This document shows, one piece after another, positions 27,940-37,148 of a stretch of DNA of 64,000 nt (position 1 is its first letter; every line of letters begins with the position of its first letter). The DNA is from Ktedonobacterales bacterium (GTDB lineage: Bacteria > Chloroflexota > Ktedonobacteria > Ktedonobacterales > JADMIN01), in assembly GCA_036378295.1 (NCBI GenBank), contig DASUWS010000232.1, positions 10,387 through 74,386 of the forward strand, in the 5' to 3' direction. The notes under the pieces were generated by a model. That model worked only from the letters and a program-made list of their open reading frames with translations, searched no databases and was not told the origin of the DNA. A program made the translations under genes and the position numbers.

Positions 27940-30489
27940 CTATGCCGCTGGGCGCCTGCGCGGGTCGAGCAGATCACCGGTGGAGGCGCTGCTTGTTGGC
28001 GTCGCCTGCCCACCGGAGAGCGCGGCCTTGTTCACCACATTCGGGACGTAGTAGGTCAGCGTCAGGTTGGCGGTGCAGTACTGCGGGATGACGACATAGC
28101 CGCCCCACATCGTCAGGCCGGGCACGTCGCTCGTCGTCGCCGTTGGCCCCCCAACCTCATTCAGGGTGCCAGGAGCGCTGCCAGGCTGCACGATGTAGTA
28201 CCCCTGGCTTGTGGGCAGATAGCCGCCCGCCGGGCAGACACGCTCGCCACCAGGATACGGATTCGCCCCGCAGGTAGGGGTGGTGCTGGGTGGTGGGGGA
28301 GGATTGTGCGGATCACCCGGTTTGGTGCTATCCGCGGGTCCCGTGCACATCACTGTGCCGGAATCGAAACCGTCGGCATACTTGAGTTGTGCCCCGGCAG
28401 GCACATAGATCCGCACATAGTCTCGATAAGTCAGGAAACCAGCCGCCTGGGAATAGTTCTGGATATTATTCTTGATCGCTATCCGCAGATGGTGGGTCGC
28501 GCCGCCTTTGGTGTCGAGCGTAACGTCGTCTTTGATCGTTGTGGCAACGTAGGGTGATGCCTTCGAGATACTGACATTCACCTGCGAAACGAAGAGGCCG
28601 TCGATTCCGGACGTTGTGTCAATCGCGCCATCCGCATGCATCTTGCTCAGTTGCTTTTCGAGAGCCTTGTCGTTGAAGTAGATCTGCACCTCCTTGGAAC
28701 GCAAATCAGCCAGGAACTGCTTCGCCATCGGGATCAGCTCGCTCTTGGGCAGGTGGCGCACGTGATCTTCGAGCATCTTCTCAAGCTCTTGGGTGAAGCG
28801 GACGCGAATCGTGTTCTGCGAAGTCGTATAGTCGTTGAGGACCGCCCGCGCCCTGGCAATGCCCGCGGCGCTCTCCTCGTAGAAATGAATCTTGTCTACG
28901 AGGTTATCCGCCGTCACCTTCTCATTGAAGATCGGCACGACCAGCGGACCAGTAACCCGCAGCACGCTGGCGATAGCATCAGGTGTGAACTGGATGACGC
29001 CATCCACGTTGCTGCATGCCTCGTGGCTGTAGGCATCCATGATGAGCTTCGCCGAGGTCGGGAAGTCGGAGTTAAGATTCGCGTCGCGCAGGCCCCAGTT
29101 GGCGAACGGCCACCAACCGCGGTAGGCTTGCGGCGCGGGATTGTTGATGGCCCAGTTGTTCACGCCCTTCCCGCAGCCAGCCTTGCCATAGTCGATATCA
29201 TTCGCGCGCAGCAGCGTAATCGGCGCAACCTTGCCGTGATCAATGGTCAGGATACTGTAGAACCCCTCAAAGCCGCCCGTTCCGCGCAACTCGCCCTTAT
29301 CGAGCGTCTGTAGCAGGAAGTGGCGCGGAGCATCGGCGCCAGCCAGCCATCCGATCATGCTGAGGTAATCGTTGGACTGGGTGAAGATATCTTTGAAGCG
29401 CGGCATCAGCTCGATGGCTGTGCGCAACTGCTCCTTCTGCGAGGCGCTGATGGGCAAGCCGTCCACCTGGACGCCCGCGAGATCCTGCTGGATGCGATTG
29501 AAGATGATCTGGCCCTGCGCCAGCCCCTTCTGGAGCGATTCCACATCGCTCTGGGTGATCAACTCGCTATTCCCGTTACCAGCGGCACTGGCAGCGTGGA
29601 CACGATCAACCAGCGGCTTGGCGGAGTCCGCCAGCACCACACCCAGACTTGCCGCGTCATAGCCAACATTCGCGAGCTTCGTCACGCTATCCACCTGCGA
29701 GCCAACGCCCGGAACACGCGGCGCGAGCGAGAGCACCCAATCGGGATGCGTCAGTCTGTTCCGCAACTGCTGGAAGTCGCGCTGGGCGGCATGTAGTTCA
29801 GAGATCGCGCGGTTGATGGCCACCGGGTCGAAAGTAAAGCCCTTACTGGCCTCCCCGGTTGGGGTGGCGGTTGCGGTTCCAGTGGGCGTCGCCGTTGGCG
29901 TCGCCGTTGCGTTGGAGGACGTCGCCGTCTTGTCGCCAAGCGTGAGCGCCGTATTCGTGTCAATCACCTGATGATACGTCGCAGCCTTGATGGACTTCGG
30001 CATATCTGAGGAAGGGTGAATTGTAATAGTGGCTTGATCGAGTGTGCCGCCTTGCCGCTGGAGAAAGTAGGTATAAGGCGCATCGCCGAGCGCCTCGCCA
30101 TCGAGGAGCGAGGTGAGCGAGGTATTGTTGGACGTGACCCCGTCCAGCAGGCCAGAGAGATCGTTCTTGGCGTTGAGCAGATGGCGCACGCCGGACTGCC
30201 CCAGGCTCTTGAGCGTCGAATAGTCCTGAGCAGCGGAAACGACCGCCACCATACTGGGCAGCAGGATGGCGAGCAGCACTACGACGATGACCACAACGGC
30301 CCACCGGGGTAGCCGGCGTATTGGTCCGAGCCGCCGCGCGGTCCGGTCGCGCCACAGGTTCACCGTGGTAGCAGCACGAGAAACCAATGTATCTTCCTCA
30401 GTGGCATCTGGAGCGCCAATGGCGTATTGGGGTTGTTCCAATGGTCGCTCCGACGACACTGCGCTCTGGGTTATCGTACTATCGTCCAT
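27940..30489 (-). CDS. DUF4012-like large membrane-anchored extracellular protein
   Basis: 849 aa. An N-terminal TM helix reads WAVVVIVVVLLAILLPSMVAVV. A T/A/P linker follows, then a central region with PRHFLLQTLDKGELRGTGGFEGFYSILTIDHGKV, reminiscent of the DUF4012 core. The C-terminus is proline-rich. Confidence 0.6.
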   Translation of the reverse strand: MDDSTITQSAVSSERPLEQPQYAIGAPDATEEDTLVSRAATTVNLWRDRTARRLGPIRRLPRWAVVVIVVVLLAILLPSMVAVVSAAQDYSTLKSLGQSGVRHLLNAKNDLSGLLDGVTSNNTSLTSLLDGEALGDAPYTYFLQRQGGTLDQATITIHPSSDMPKSIKAATYHQVIDTNTALTLGDKTATSSNATATPTATPTGTATATPTGEASKGFTFDPVAINRAISELHAAQRDFQQLRNRLTHPDWVLSLAPRVPGVGSQVDSVTKLANVGYDAASLGVVLADSAKPLVDRVHAASAAGNGNSELITQSDVESLQKGLAQGQIIFNRIQQDLAGVQVDGLPISASQKEQLRTAIELMPRFKDIFTQSNDYLSMIGWLAGADAPRHFLLQTLDKGELRGTGGFEGFYSILTIDHGKVAPITLLRANDIDYGKAGCGKGVNNWAINNPAPQAYRGWWPFANWGLRDANLNSDFPTSAKLIMDAYSHEACSNVDGVIQFTPDAIASVLRVTGPLVVPIFNEKVTADNLVDKIHFYEESAAGIARARAVLNDYTTSQNTIRVRFTQELEKMLEDHVRHLPKSELIPMAKQFLADLRSKEVQIYFNDKALEKQLSKMHADGAIDTTSGIDGLFVSQVNVSISKASPYVATTIKDDVTLDTKGGATHHLRIAIKNNIQNYSQAAGFLTYRDYVRIYVPAGAQLKYADGFDSGTVMCTGPADSTKPGDPHNPPPPPSTTPTCGANPYPGGERVCPAGGYLPTSQGYYIVQPGSAPGTLNEVGGPTATTSDVPGLTMWGGYVVIPQYCTANLTLTYYVPNVVNKAALSGGQATPTSSASTGDLLDPRRRPAA

Positions 30490-30836
30490 GTGCGCACACC
30501 CTCTCCCGTATCCTTCACCACAGCGATGCTCTTAGCACGGCAGCTTGCAAAAATCATGCCCTGTGAGTATGCCAATGAATCTGTCAGCGCTTCACGTACG
30601 GCGCCCGTTGGGCTGAAGACGAATCATCGTGGCATGGCCAGAATACATCACCTGAAGGCGCATATCCGGGCGCATGCCACCACTCTAATTGACGAAGCGA
30701 GGGAACTCGTTGTTCACGTTTAGCCAAATGGATGAGTCATATTGAGAGACGACTGTGATATCAGCAAGACGGCGAAGGCCATCCATGTTCTACATCTTCT
30801 ACCCCGCCGCGATGTGTGGACTCCCGCGCCCAAGCG

Positions 30837-31499
30837 CTAGCTCAGACAGGCGTTAGCGCCCTGGAGATCGTTGAAGCAGCCGCCATCTTTGTTCAGAATG
30901 ACCACCTGGTGGATGTTGGAGAACTGCAACATCGTCTTGTCGATCTCGGCAGTGATGCGCGCGCCAGTGAGGTCGCCCGCAAGCTGAATAGCGCGGCAAA
31001 ACTTGATCGTCATCGTGCCCGGCGCCGATACGGTTGTGCCTTTGTGGTCGGGGTAGAGCTGGAAATCAGGTCCGCCGCAATTGGAGGCACCACTGAGCGA
31101 AGCGGTCAGCTCCGTGTAAAGGCCCATTGCCTTCTCCGAGGACGTTGGCCCAGCGATAAGCTGTTGCAGGGAAAACCGGGCGACGCCGAGATCCGGCGAG
31201 ACGCGGTGTACCGGAAAGACGGCGTTGACGTTGCTGTCCGAGTCGGGATGCTTCGAGAAATACACCAGGACTGGATTGCCGCTGGGGCGATTCGTCGTGG
31301 CGGTCGGCGCAACCGTCGCGGTGGACGCGGGACTGCCCGCCGTTGGGGTGGTATCTCCAGCGCCGCCCAGGCCTGAGTCCGAGCCGCCAGGAGATGCGCC
31401 GCACGCTGAGAGAGCGAGCAGCGCAGCGAGCAATCCGAGCGCCAGAGGGTGCGCTAACCTGCGGACGCGCGAGAAAGGAGCGGTACGACGCGGAAACAT
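30837..31499 (-). CDS. GerMN domain lipoprotein
   Basis: A lipobox is present (LLALSACGAS). The segment NPVLVYFSKHP...VFPVHRVSPDLGVARFSLQQLIAGPTSSEKAMGL matches GerMN. The start was taken at the ATG at 31499 (MFPRRTAPF...). Confidence 0.7.
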   Translation of the reverse strand: MFPRRTAPFSRVRRLAHPLALGLLAALLALSACGASPGGSDSGLGGAGDTTPTAGSPASTATVAPTATTNRPSGNPVLVYFSKHPDSDSNVNAVFPVHRVSPDLGVARFSLQQLIAGPTSSEKAMGLYTELTASLSGASNCGGPDFQLYPDHKGTTVSAPGTMTIKFCRAIQLAGDLTGARITAEIDKTMLQFSNIHQVVILNKDGGCFNDLQGANACLS

Positions 31500-31825
31500 A
31501 GCATACTTCCTTTCAAAGGCACCACGAGAAGAATGTGGACTGATGATCGCGATCTCCATACCGTTTCGATGACGGATGGGGATAAGTCAGAACGGATGAT
31601 GGCGGGCGAGCAGGACATGCCATGCTTTTGTGAATGCTGTTTTCAGCATACCCTTTGAGGGGACAGGAATATGTGGCAGTGCTCACAATGCGCCTGCGTG
31701 ATTGTACCGATCTGTTTCGCTGACGGCAGGCGCCTTCAGACGCTATACTTCGTATAGTTGTGGTAGGAGTCTGGGCCGCAGCCACGGGGCGCGGCCCGTT
31801 CTTTCGAGGAGACAGGATTGTCCAT

Positions 31826-32587
31826 ATGACCGATACGGCGGAAACACAGGGAGCGCAGAATGCTGCTACACCCAAGCGCGTGCTGATCGTGATGGCCCAT
31901 CCCGACGACGGCGAGTTTGGCAGTGGCGGGACGCTGGCACGCTGGGCCGCGGAAGGCCGCGATATCTATTACTGCCTGATTACCGACGGACAGGCGGGCG
32001 ACCAGGGCGACAAAGAGATTACCAGCGAGCAGCTTGCCGCGAAACGGCAGGTCGAGGCGCAGGCCGCCGCCGACGCGTTGGGGGTGAAGCATCCGGTGAT
32101 CTTCCTGCATTATCAGGACTCCCGGCTGGAGCCGACCCTGCAGCTTCGCTCGGATATCGCGCGGGTAATTCGTCGCGTGAAGCCCGACGTGGTGATCTGC
32201 CAGGACCCGACGCGCTACTGGAGTGGGCAGGGGTACGTCAACCATCCTGACCATCGCATCGCGGGCGAGGCAACGCTCGGCGCAATCATTCCGGTGGCGG
32301 GCACACGGCTGGCGTTCCCGGAACTGGCCGCAGAGGGCCTGGAGCCGCACGAGGTGAAGGAGGTCTACATCTCAGGCACGTCTGAGCCTGACCGCTGGGT
32401 GGATATCAGTAGCTATATGGAGCAGAAGATCGCGGCACTCAAGGCCCACAAGAGCCAGATGCGCGACTGGGATCCGACGGAGATGATGCGCCAGTGGGCC
32501 AAGGAGACAGCCAATGGCGCGCGCAAGTACGGCCACGAGATGGAATACGCCGAGGCGTACAAATACATCAATCGCGGGGACGGGTAG
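31826..32587 (+). CDS. PIG-L/LmbE family N-acetylglucosaminyl deacetylase
   Basis: Present are VLIVMAHPDDGEFGSGGTLARW, CLITDGQAG and NHPDHRIAGEA, which carry the zinc ligands. The ATG at 31826 is used. Confidence 0.85.
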   Translation: MTDTAETQGAQNAATPKRVLIVMAHPDDGEFGSGGTLARWAAEGRDIYYCLITDGQAGDQGDKEITSEQLAAKRQVEAQAAADALGVKHPVIFLHYQDSRLEPTLQLRSDIARVIRRVKPDVVICQDPTRYWSGQGYVNHPDHRIAGEATLGAIIPVAGTRLAFPELAAEGLEPHEVKEVYISGTSEPDRWVDISSYMEQKIAALKAHKSQMRDWDPTEMMRQWAKETANGARKYGHEMEYAEAYKYINRGDG

Positions 32588-32604
32588 ATAGCAGCGCTCC
32601 CTCA

Positions 32605-32627
32605 CCCCTCCCTGTATCGGGGAGGGG
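32605..32627. terminator. CCCCTCCC/GGGAGGGG hairpin + T-tract between convergent PIG-L and sufU genes
   Basis: An 8-bp stem with a 7-nt loop, followed by TATTTTCGCG. Confidence 0.7.
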
Positions 32628-32637
32628 TATTTTCGCG

Positions 32638-33042
32638 CTATTTTTGAGCCGCCAGCCGCTTCATACGTAGCTCGTGCGCGCCCTGCTTGAGTGTGCCAAG
32701 GGCAACCGTAGCGCAGGTGGGGCGAGCCATCACCACTTCGCGCCCAAGATCGTCTATGAGCGTCTCGAAGCTCAGCTGTTCGACCTCTTCTAGCGTCATC
32801 CCCTGCACCATTTCAGTCACATAGGATGCGGCAGCCATACTAATTGTGCAGCCCTCGCCCTCGAAGGAGACGGTTTCGATACGTCCCTCCGGGTCTACCG
32901 TGGCGAACATCTCCACCTTGTCGGCGCAGCCTGGATTGCCCCCCGTCTGATCGATATCGGCGTTTTCCAGTTTGCCCCGGTTGCGCGGGTTATTGTAGTG
33001 ATCGACGAGAAATTCGATGGCTTCCTGGCGATCCATACTCAT
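32638..33042 (-). CDS. sufU: SUF-type NifU/IscU-like Fe-S cluster scaffold (SufU)
   Basis: The segment FLVDHYNNPRNRGKLENADIDQTGGNPGCADKVEMF...EGEGCTISMAAAS...RPTCATVALGTL carries the three conserved Cys. The start is at MSMDRQ (33042). Confidence 0.85.
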   Translation of the reverse strand: MSMDRQEAIEFLVDHYNNPRNRGKLENADIDQTGGNPGCADKVEMFATVDPEGRIETVSFEGEGCTISMAAASYVTEMVQGMTLEEVEQLSFETLIDDLGREVVMARPTCATVALGTLKQGAHELRMKRLAAQK

Positions 33043-33186
33043 CGATAAGACCCTCTTTCCCAGTGTTCTCTCTATGCAATGATCATGTGTTCCTGATGTG
33101 GCGTTGCCGTGAGACGGACAAGGCGGCGCACCGGAATTCCCAGTGGCCACCTTGCAGTATACCGCGTCCAGTCGTTTCGCGGCGGA

Positions 33187-34095
33187 TCAGGCTTCCTCGC
33201 CCTGCTTGATCTGCGCGCCGACCAGATTGCCCCACTCCGTCCACGAGCCGTCATAGTTGCGCACGTTGGGATAGCCGAGCAGTTGGGTCAGCACGAACCA
33301 GGTATGCGCGGATCGCTCGCCAATGCGGCAGTACGCGACCACCTCTTTGTCAGGAGTAATGCCCTTGCCACCATAGATGGCGCGCAACTCGTCGGCAGAC
33401 TTGAAGGTGCCGTCCGGGTTGGCGGCGGTGGCCCAGGGAATGTTCTGCGCGCCGGGGATATGCCCTCCGCGCGATGCGCCCTCCTGCGGATAGTTCACCA
33501 TGTGTACCAGCTTGCCGGTATACTCGTCGGGCGAGCGCACATCCACCAGCGCCGCTGCGCCGCTCACCAGCTCTCCATCCAGCAGCCCTTCGACCTGGCG
33601 GCGGAAGGCGCGGATGGAAAGATCAGGCTGCTGCGCAGTGTAGGTGGTCGGCACGAACTGCGGAACCTCTTTGGTATACGGGCGGTTTTCAGCCTCCCAA
33701 AGCGTGCGCCCCCCGTTCATCAGCCGGGCGTCCCTGTGGCCATACATCTTGAAGAGCCAGTAGCTATAGGCGGCGTACCAGTTGTTCTTGTCGCCATAGA
33801 ACACGACGGTAGTATCGTTGCTGATACCATAGCGGCTCATCAGCGCCTCGAATGCCGCTTTATCCACGAAGTCGCGCCGCACCGGGTCCTGCACATCAGT
33901 ATGCCAGTCGAGCTTGACGGCATTCTGGATGTGGCCAACTGCCTCATAGAGCAGCGGGTCCTCATCGGCCTCGACGATACGAACCGACGGGTCGTTGAGG
34001 TGTTGGGCGACCCATTCTGTCGTTACCAGCACCTCTGGATGCGTGTATGCTGTAGTCTCCGTGGTTGTGCCTGTCGCGGTGTCTGCCATGCTCAT
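33187..34095 (-). CDS. Tandem-rhodanese thiosulfate/3-mercaptopyruvate sulfurtransferase
   Basis: Two rhodanese repeats are present, with GHIQNAV and [11 protein letters not shown], and the active-site loop [11 protein letters not shown]. Confidence 0.88.
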   Translation of the reverse strand: MSMADTATGTTTETTAYTHPEVLVTTEWVAQHLNDPSVRIVEADEDPLLYEAVGHIQNAVKLDWHTDVQDPVRRDFVDKAAFEALMSRYGISNDTTVVFYGDKNNWYAAYSYWLFKMYGHRDARLMNGGRTLWEAENRPYTKEVPQFVPTTYTAQQPDLSIRAFRRQVEGLLDGELVSGAAALVDVRSPDEYTGKLVHMVNYPQEGASRGGHIPGAQNIPWATAANPDGTFKSADELRAIYGGKGITPDKEVVAYCRIGERSAHTWFVLTQLLGYPNVRNYDGSWTEWGNLVGAQIKQGEEA

Positions 34096-34587
34096 TCCTC
34101 CTCATATGCCGCACAATGCATATTTCCTGCGATGGATGCCGTGATCCGTTGTCTGACCGTGCCGGGAAATCCGTCCTTTTCCAGATGTATCGCGCCGCAC
34201 GGTGAACAGATCCCAGGTCAGCCGCCTTCTCTATTGTGCATATATCCTAGCAAAATAGTCAACATTGTAACAGCAATCACCCGCTGATCTGCGTAACGCC
34301 TGGAGGATAGCGACGGGGCATGCGAGGGGTACGCTACAGGCAGGGCGGAAGATTCGGTCTCGTGTTACGCGGCCTTTAGCGCTACCCCGCGAGATGATGA
34401 CGAGGTGAACAGTTGCAGGAGCACCTCATGCCCGGGGTCAACGAAACGATGCCATCAGCGCATGTCTCGCTCTGGCTGGTGCAGCCAGCCCCACGCCCCT
34501 CGTTGCCAGACAGCAACTGGATGACGATGGAACCATGATTGAACGAGCATGCGCCAGGACAACGCGGACCGAAACGAGTACAACCAC

Positions 34588-34612
34588 CGCGTGTCCCAGC
34601 GAGGGACACACG
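34588..34612 (-). terminator. Hairpin downstream of the secreted-protein gene
   Basis: On the minus strand CGUGUGUCCC-ucgcu-GGGACACGCG forms 10 bp with one G-U pair, followed by a moderately U-rich tract. Confidence 0.45.
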
Positions 34613-34641
34613 CTTACATGCCTGTGTATGGAGTGCGGTGG

Positions 34642-35832
34642 CTATTGCAGGATGGTAGCACAGTACGTGGTGTTGGGGCCGCTTGGGCTTGGACACTCCG
34701 TCGTCTGGGCGAATTGCAGCGCCTCGCCAAAGTCTTTGGTCGTGCCGGGATAGTTGCCGCCGTAGGTGAAGACCTTCGCAGATGCGTTATAGGCGAACCA
34801 GGGGTAGACGCAGAACGGCTGGCCGTAGTTGGCTGCCCCGCAATACTGGTTGACTTCGGCCTCGCCGCCATAATCGCTTACCGCTGCCCAGTGCTTCGGC
34901 TTGCTACCGTCACCGAACGTCACATCTTTCACGAGCAGAGGCGAGAAGCCGAGCCAGGACGGCAGATTATAGGAATCGCACGGCGGCTTTGTGGCGCTTC
35001 CCGGCACACAGAACTGCGAGGGCGGCTGGGCAAACTGGCTGGTATGCCCAATCTCCCAGACGAGGCTATTGGGTGTGTCGTAGACCAGGCCCCACTTGAG
35101 CGCGTTGCCAATAGTCTGGGTATCGTAGGCGGGCATCAGCGGGCCATCGGCCTGGCTGTTCAGGATGATCGTGCCGCTATGGCCTGTCGTGAGGTCGCTC
35201 ACCGTGATGTGCATGCCATCCTGCGCGGCAGTGACGTACTGGTGATCGGTGATGGTGTCGCCCGCGTGCATGAGGAGCGGCCCGCCGCTCGCCGAATCCG
35301 TCAGCATGGCATTGAACGCGGCGGACTCGGAGTCTCCATGCTGCGAGACTCTCCAGACAGGTGAGCAGGCGGTATAGACGCCCGGAGCATAGGTGACATT
35401 GAAGCCGCCGCCCGATGAGCACCCCTTGAGCATGCTGTTGGGATAGAACTGCAGCTCCAGAAAGGCCTGGTTGAAGAGGCTGTTCGGGTCGGTGACGGTG
35501 CCGCCAATCCAGAAGGTTGGCCCAACGCTATCGACGGGGGTTGCGCCGTCTGTCGGCAGCACAACAGTCCAGGTGATGTCGCGTGCGGAGCCAGGGCTAT
35601 CGGAAACGGGGTCGAGCTCCGGCTCATCGTGACCGGTGCAGCTATGCGTATACCAGACGTATTCCTGTGGATGGTGGCCAATACAGACGTTCTGCGCTTG
35701 CGAGGACGTCGAGGAGGTTTGACCTTGCGCGTGGGTGGGGATTCCTCGCGCTATCATACCGAATGCGAGGGCGGCCAGGAGTGCCGCGCCGAGGCTCAGT
35801 GGAAGGATTCGCCGGGTCAGGTGAACTGCCAT
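34642..35832 (-). CDS. Secreted Cys-rich protein of unknown function
   Basis: The signal peptide is MAVHLTRRILPLSLGAALLAALAFGMIARGIPTHAQG. At least 12 Cys are present, and the composition is mostly beta-type. I recognise no family. Confidence 0.6.
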   Translation of the reverse strand: MAVHLTRRILPLSLGAALLAALAFGMIARGIPTHAQGQTSSTSSQAQNVCIGHHPQEYVWYTHSCTGHDEPELDPVSDSPGSARDITWTVVLPTDGATPVDSVGPTFWIGGTVTDPNSLFNQAFLELQFYPNSMLKGCSSGGGFNVTYAPGVYTACSPVWRVSQHGDSESAAFNAMLTDSASGGPLLMHAGDTITDHQYVTAAQDGMHITVSDLTTGHSGTIILNSQADGPLMPAYDTQTIGNALKWGLVYDTPNSLVWEIGHTSQFAQPPSQFCVPGSATKPPCDSYNLPSWLGFSPLLVKDVTFGDGSKPKHWAAVSDYGGEAEVNQYCGAANYGQPFCVYPWFAYNASAKVFTYGGNYPGTTKDFGEALQFAQTTECPSPSGPNTTYCATILQ

Positions 35833-36512
35833 GCGCTTGTGCTTCCTCTCTGTTGTGAAGATGCGCCAGCAAGAACGAATCGCCGGAGATACGTGGAAAT
35901 GCCGATAGACCCACAGCCATATCTGCTACCGCAAGAGTACTTTGCCTGTATGCAATAACGCCGTTCGCGCCAAAACGTTTGCATCGCCTGGCTGTATTGA
36001 GAAGACGCCAGGCAGGACCAGTGCTCGCGTGCCATAGCACCTAGCCAGCGCAGGCGCTCACGAAAAGCGGGCCGCAACCGCTCGTTACTATCCAGCCTGT
36101 AAAGCCGCTGTGCCTTGAGGCCATACGGATGGAAGGGCTTGCGTTGGCTTCAGCCAGAAGCCCGTGAAGATTGCCGCTCTCGCTCGCTTGTGCGAGAATA
36201 CTGCCACAGGCACTTTGCACCTTCACCAACGTGAATAGTGTTTGCGGGTTCCACGGTAAATCGTTCCCGTGGGTAAAAGCACTAACGTCCTTTGGAAGTC
36301 GGTGCCAAACGGTGATCTGGGTTGCTTTAGAGGTCACACTCGCCCAGGGAGTTTGCAACGCCTCTTGGGGCCGGGCAGGCCCTTCAGGCGCTAACGTAGT
36401 GGGTTGCCACCAGCGTTGCCTGAGAATCCGCTACGGCTTTAGCCTATGCGGAGTGTCAATATCCAGCCCGTTGTCCTGGAATGAACTTTGCTGCTGATCG
36501 TGAAGTGTTCGG

Positions 36513-36548
36513 GAGTGGGTTGAGTGGGTTGAGTGGGTTGAGTGGGTA
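36513..36548. repeat. 9-bp tandem repeat (GAGTGGGTT) x4
   Basis: Three perfect copies plus GAGTGGGTA, inside a roughly 1-kb ORF-poor region. Confidence 0.95.
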
Positions 36549-36758
36549 TGGTGACACTGCGGCAGACGACGGCGCCAGCACGCCGAAGGAATGTGATGGC
36601 TCCTGGCTGAGCGCTGTGTGAGGAGGCAAGGGGCGCGGTCGAGAGAGCGCATCGCGGCCACACCTGGCGAGATATTCCAAGCAGGATCAGCATCCGAAGT
36701 TCAGCGCAATTGGCTGCGGCATAGCCTCTTTTGCTACCCACGTGTTCCCCGGGTGGAG

Positions 36759-36764
36759 TATAAT
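36759..36764 (+). promoter_or_regulatory. Consensus TATAAT -10 hexamer upstream of tatA
   Basis: TATAAT lies 80 nt upstream of the tatA ATG. There is no good -35. Confidence 0.35.
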
Positions 36765-36843
36765 CGCTCATATATGAGGTGAATACCTGGCAAGGTCATT
36801 GGGGATGCCAGCACCTCGACCACAGGAAATGGAGCGGAAGCTT

Positions 36844-37095
36844 ATGTTTGGTGGTTTACACTGGTACGACCTACTCGTACTGTTGGCGCTCGCGCTCCTG
36901 ATTTTTGGCCCGAAGCGGCTCCCCGAGATGGGATCCTCCATTGGGAAAACGATCAAGGAGTTCCAGCGATCGATGCGCGAGGTGAAGGAGCCGGAGCCTA
37001 CCGGGGCAGTCCCGCCCGCGACCTCTCAGGCCGCTCCTGAGTTGCCATCTGCCTCGGCGGTGAGCACGAGCCCGGCTGAAACTCCCAAGGATTAA
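36844..37095 (+). CDS. tatA: Twin-arginine translocase TatA/E subunit
   Basis: The segment MFGGLHWYDLLVLLALALLIFGPKRLPEMGSSIGKTIKEFQRSM is the canonical TM helix plus FGPKRLPE hinge plus amphipathic helix. Confidence 0.92.
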   Translation: MFGGLHWYDLLVLLALALLIFGPKRLPEMGSSIGKTIKEFQRSMREVKEPEPTGAVPPATSQAAPELPSASAVSTSPAETPKD

Positions 37096-37148
37096 GTCGG
37101 CGCGCGCTAGTCCAAGTACGGTTGGATGCGCAGTCCGGGGAGGAAACA

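Noticed and set aside
34150-34640. The region was checked as a possible tmRNA (GGAGGAUAGCGACGGGGC...) or SRP RNA (GGUGAACAGAUCCCAGGUCAGCC).
   Set aside because: There is no tRNA-like 3' end (GGUUCGAnUCC...CCA) and no tag ORF. The SRP domain IV motif GGAAGGAAGCAGC is absent.
36040-36500. Partial resemblances to the RNase P motif (CACGGUAAA) and the cobalamin-riboswitch B12 box (AGCCAGAAGCCCG).
   Set aside because: The matches are short and isolated. The core motifs (GCCACUG and a full B12 box, or GAGGAAAGUCC) are missing, and no cobalamin-related or suitably positioned downstream gene exists. The region is kept only as an unexplained region in the findings.
36513-36548. The tandem repeats here and at 14572-14617, 15041-15073, 26249-26278 and 26460-26481 were considered as CRISPR-like arrays.
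   Set aside because: The units are 7-23 bp, directly abutting with no spacers, and there are no cas genes. These are simple tandem repeats or slippage duplications.
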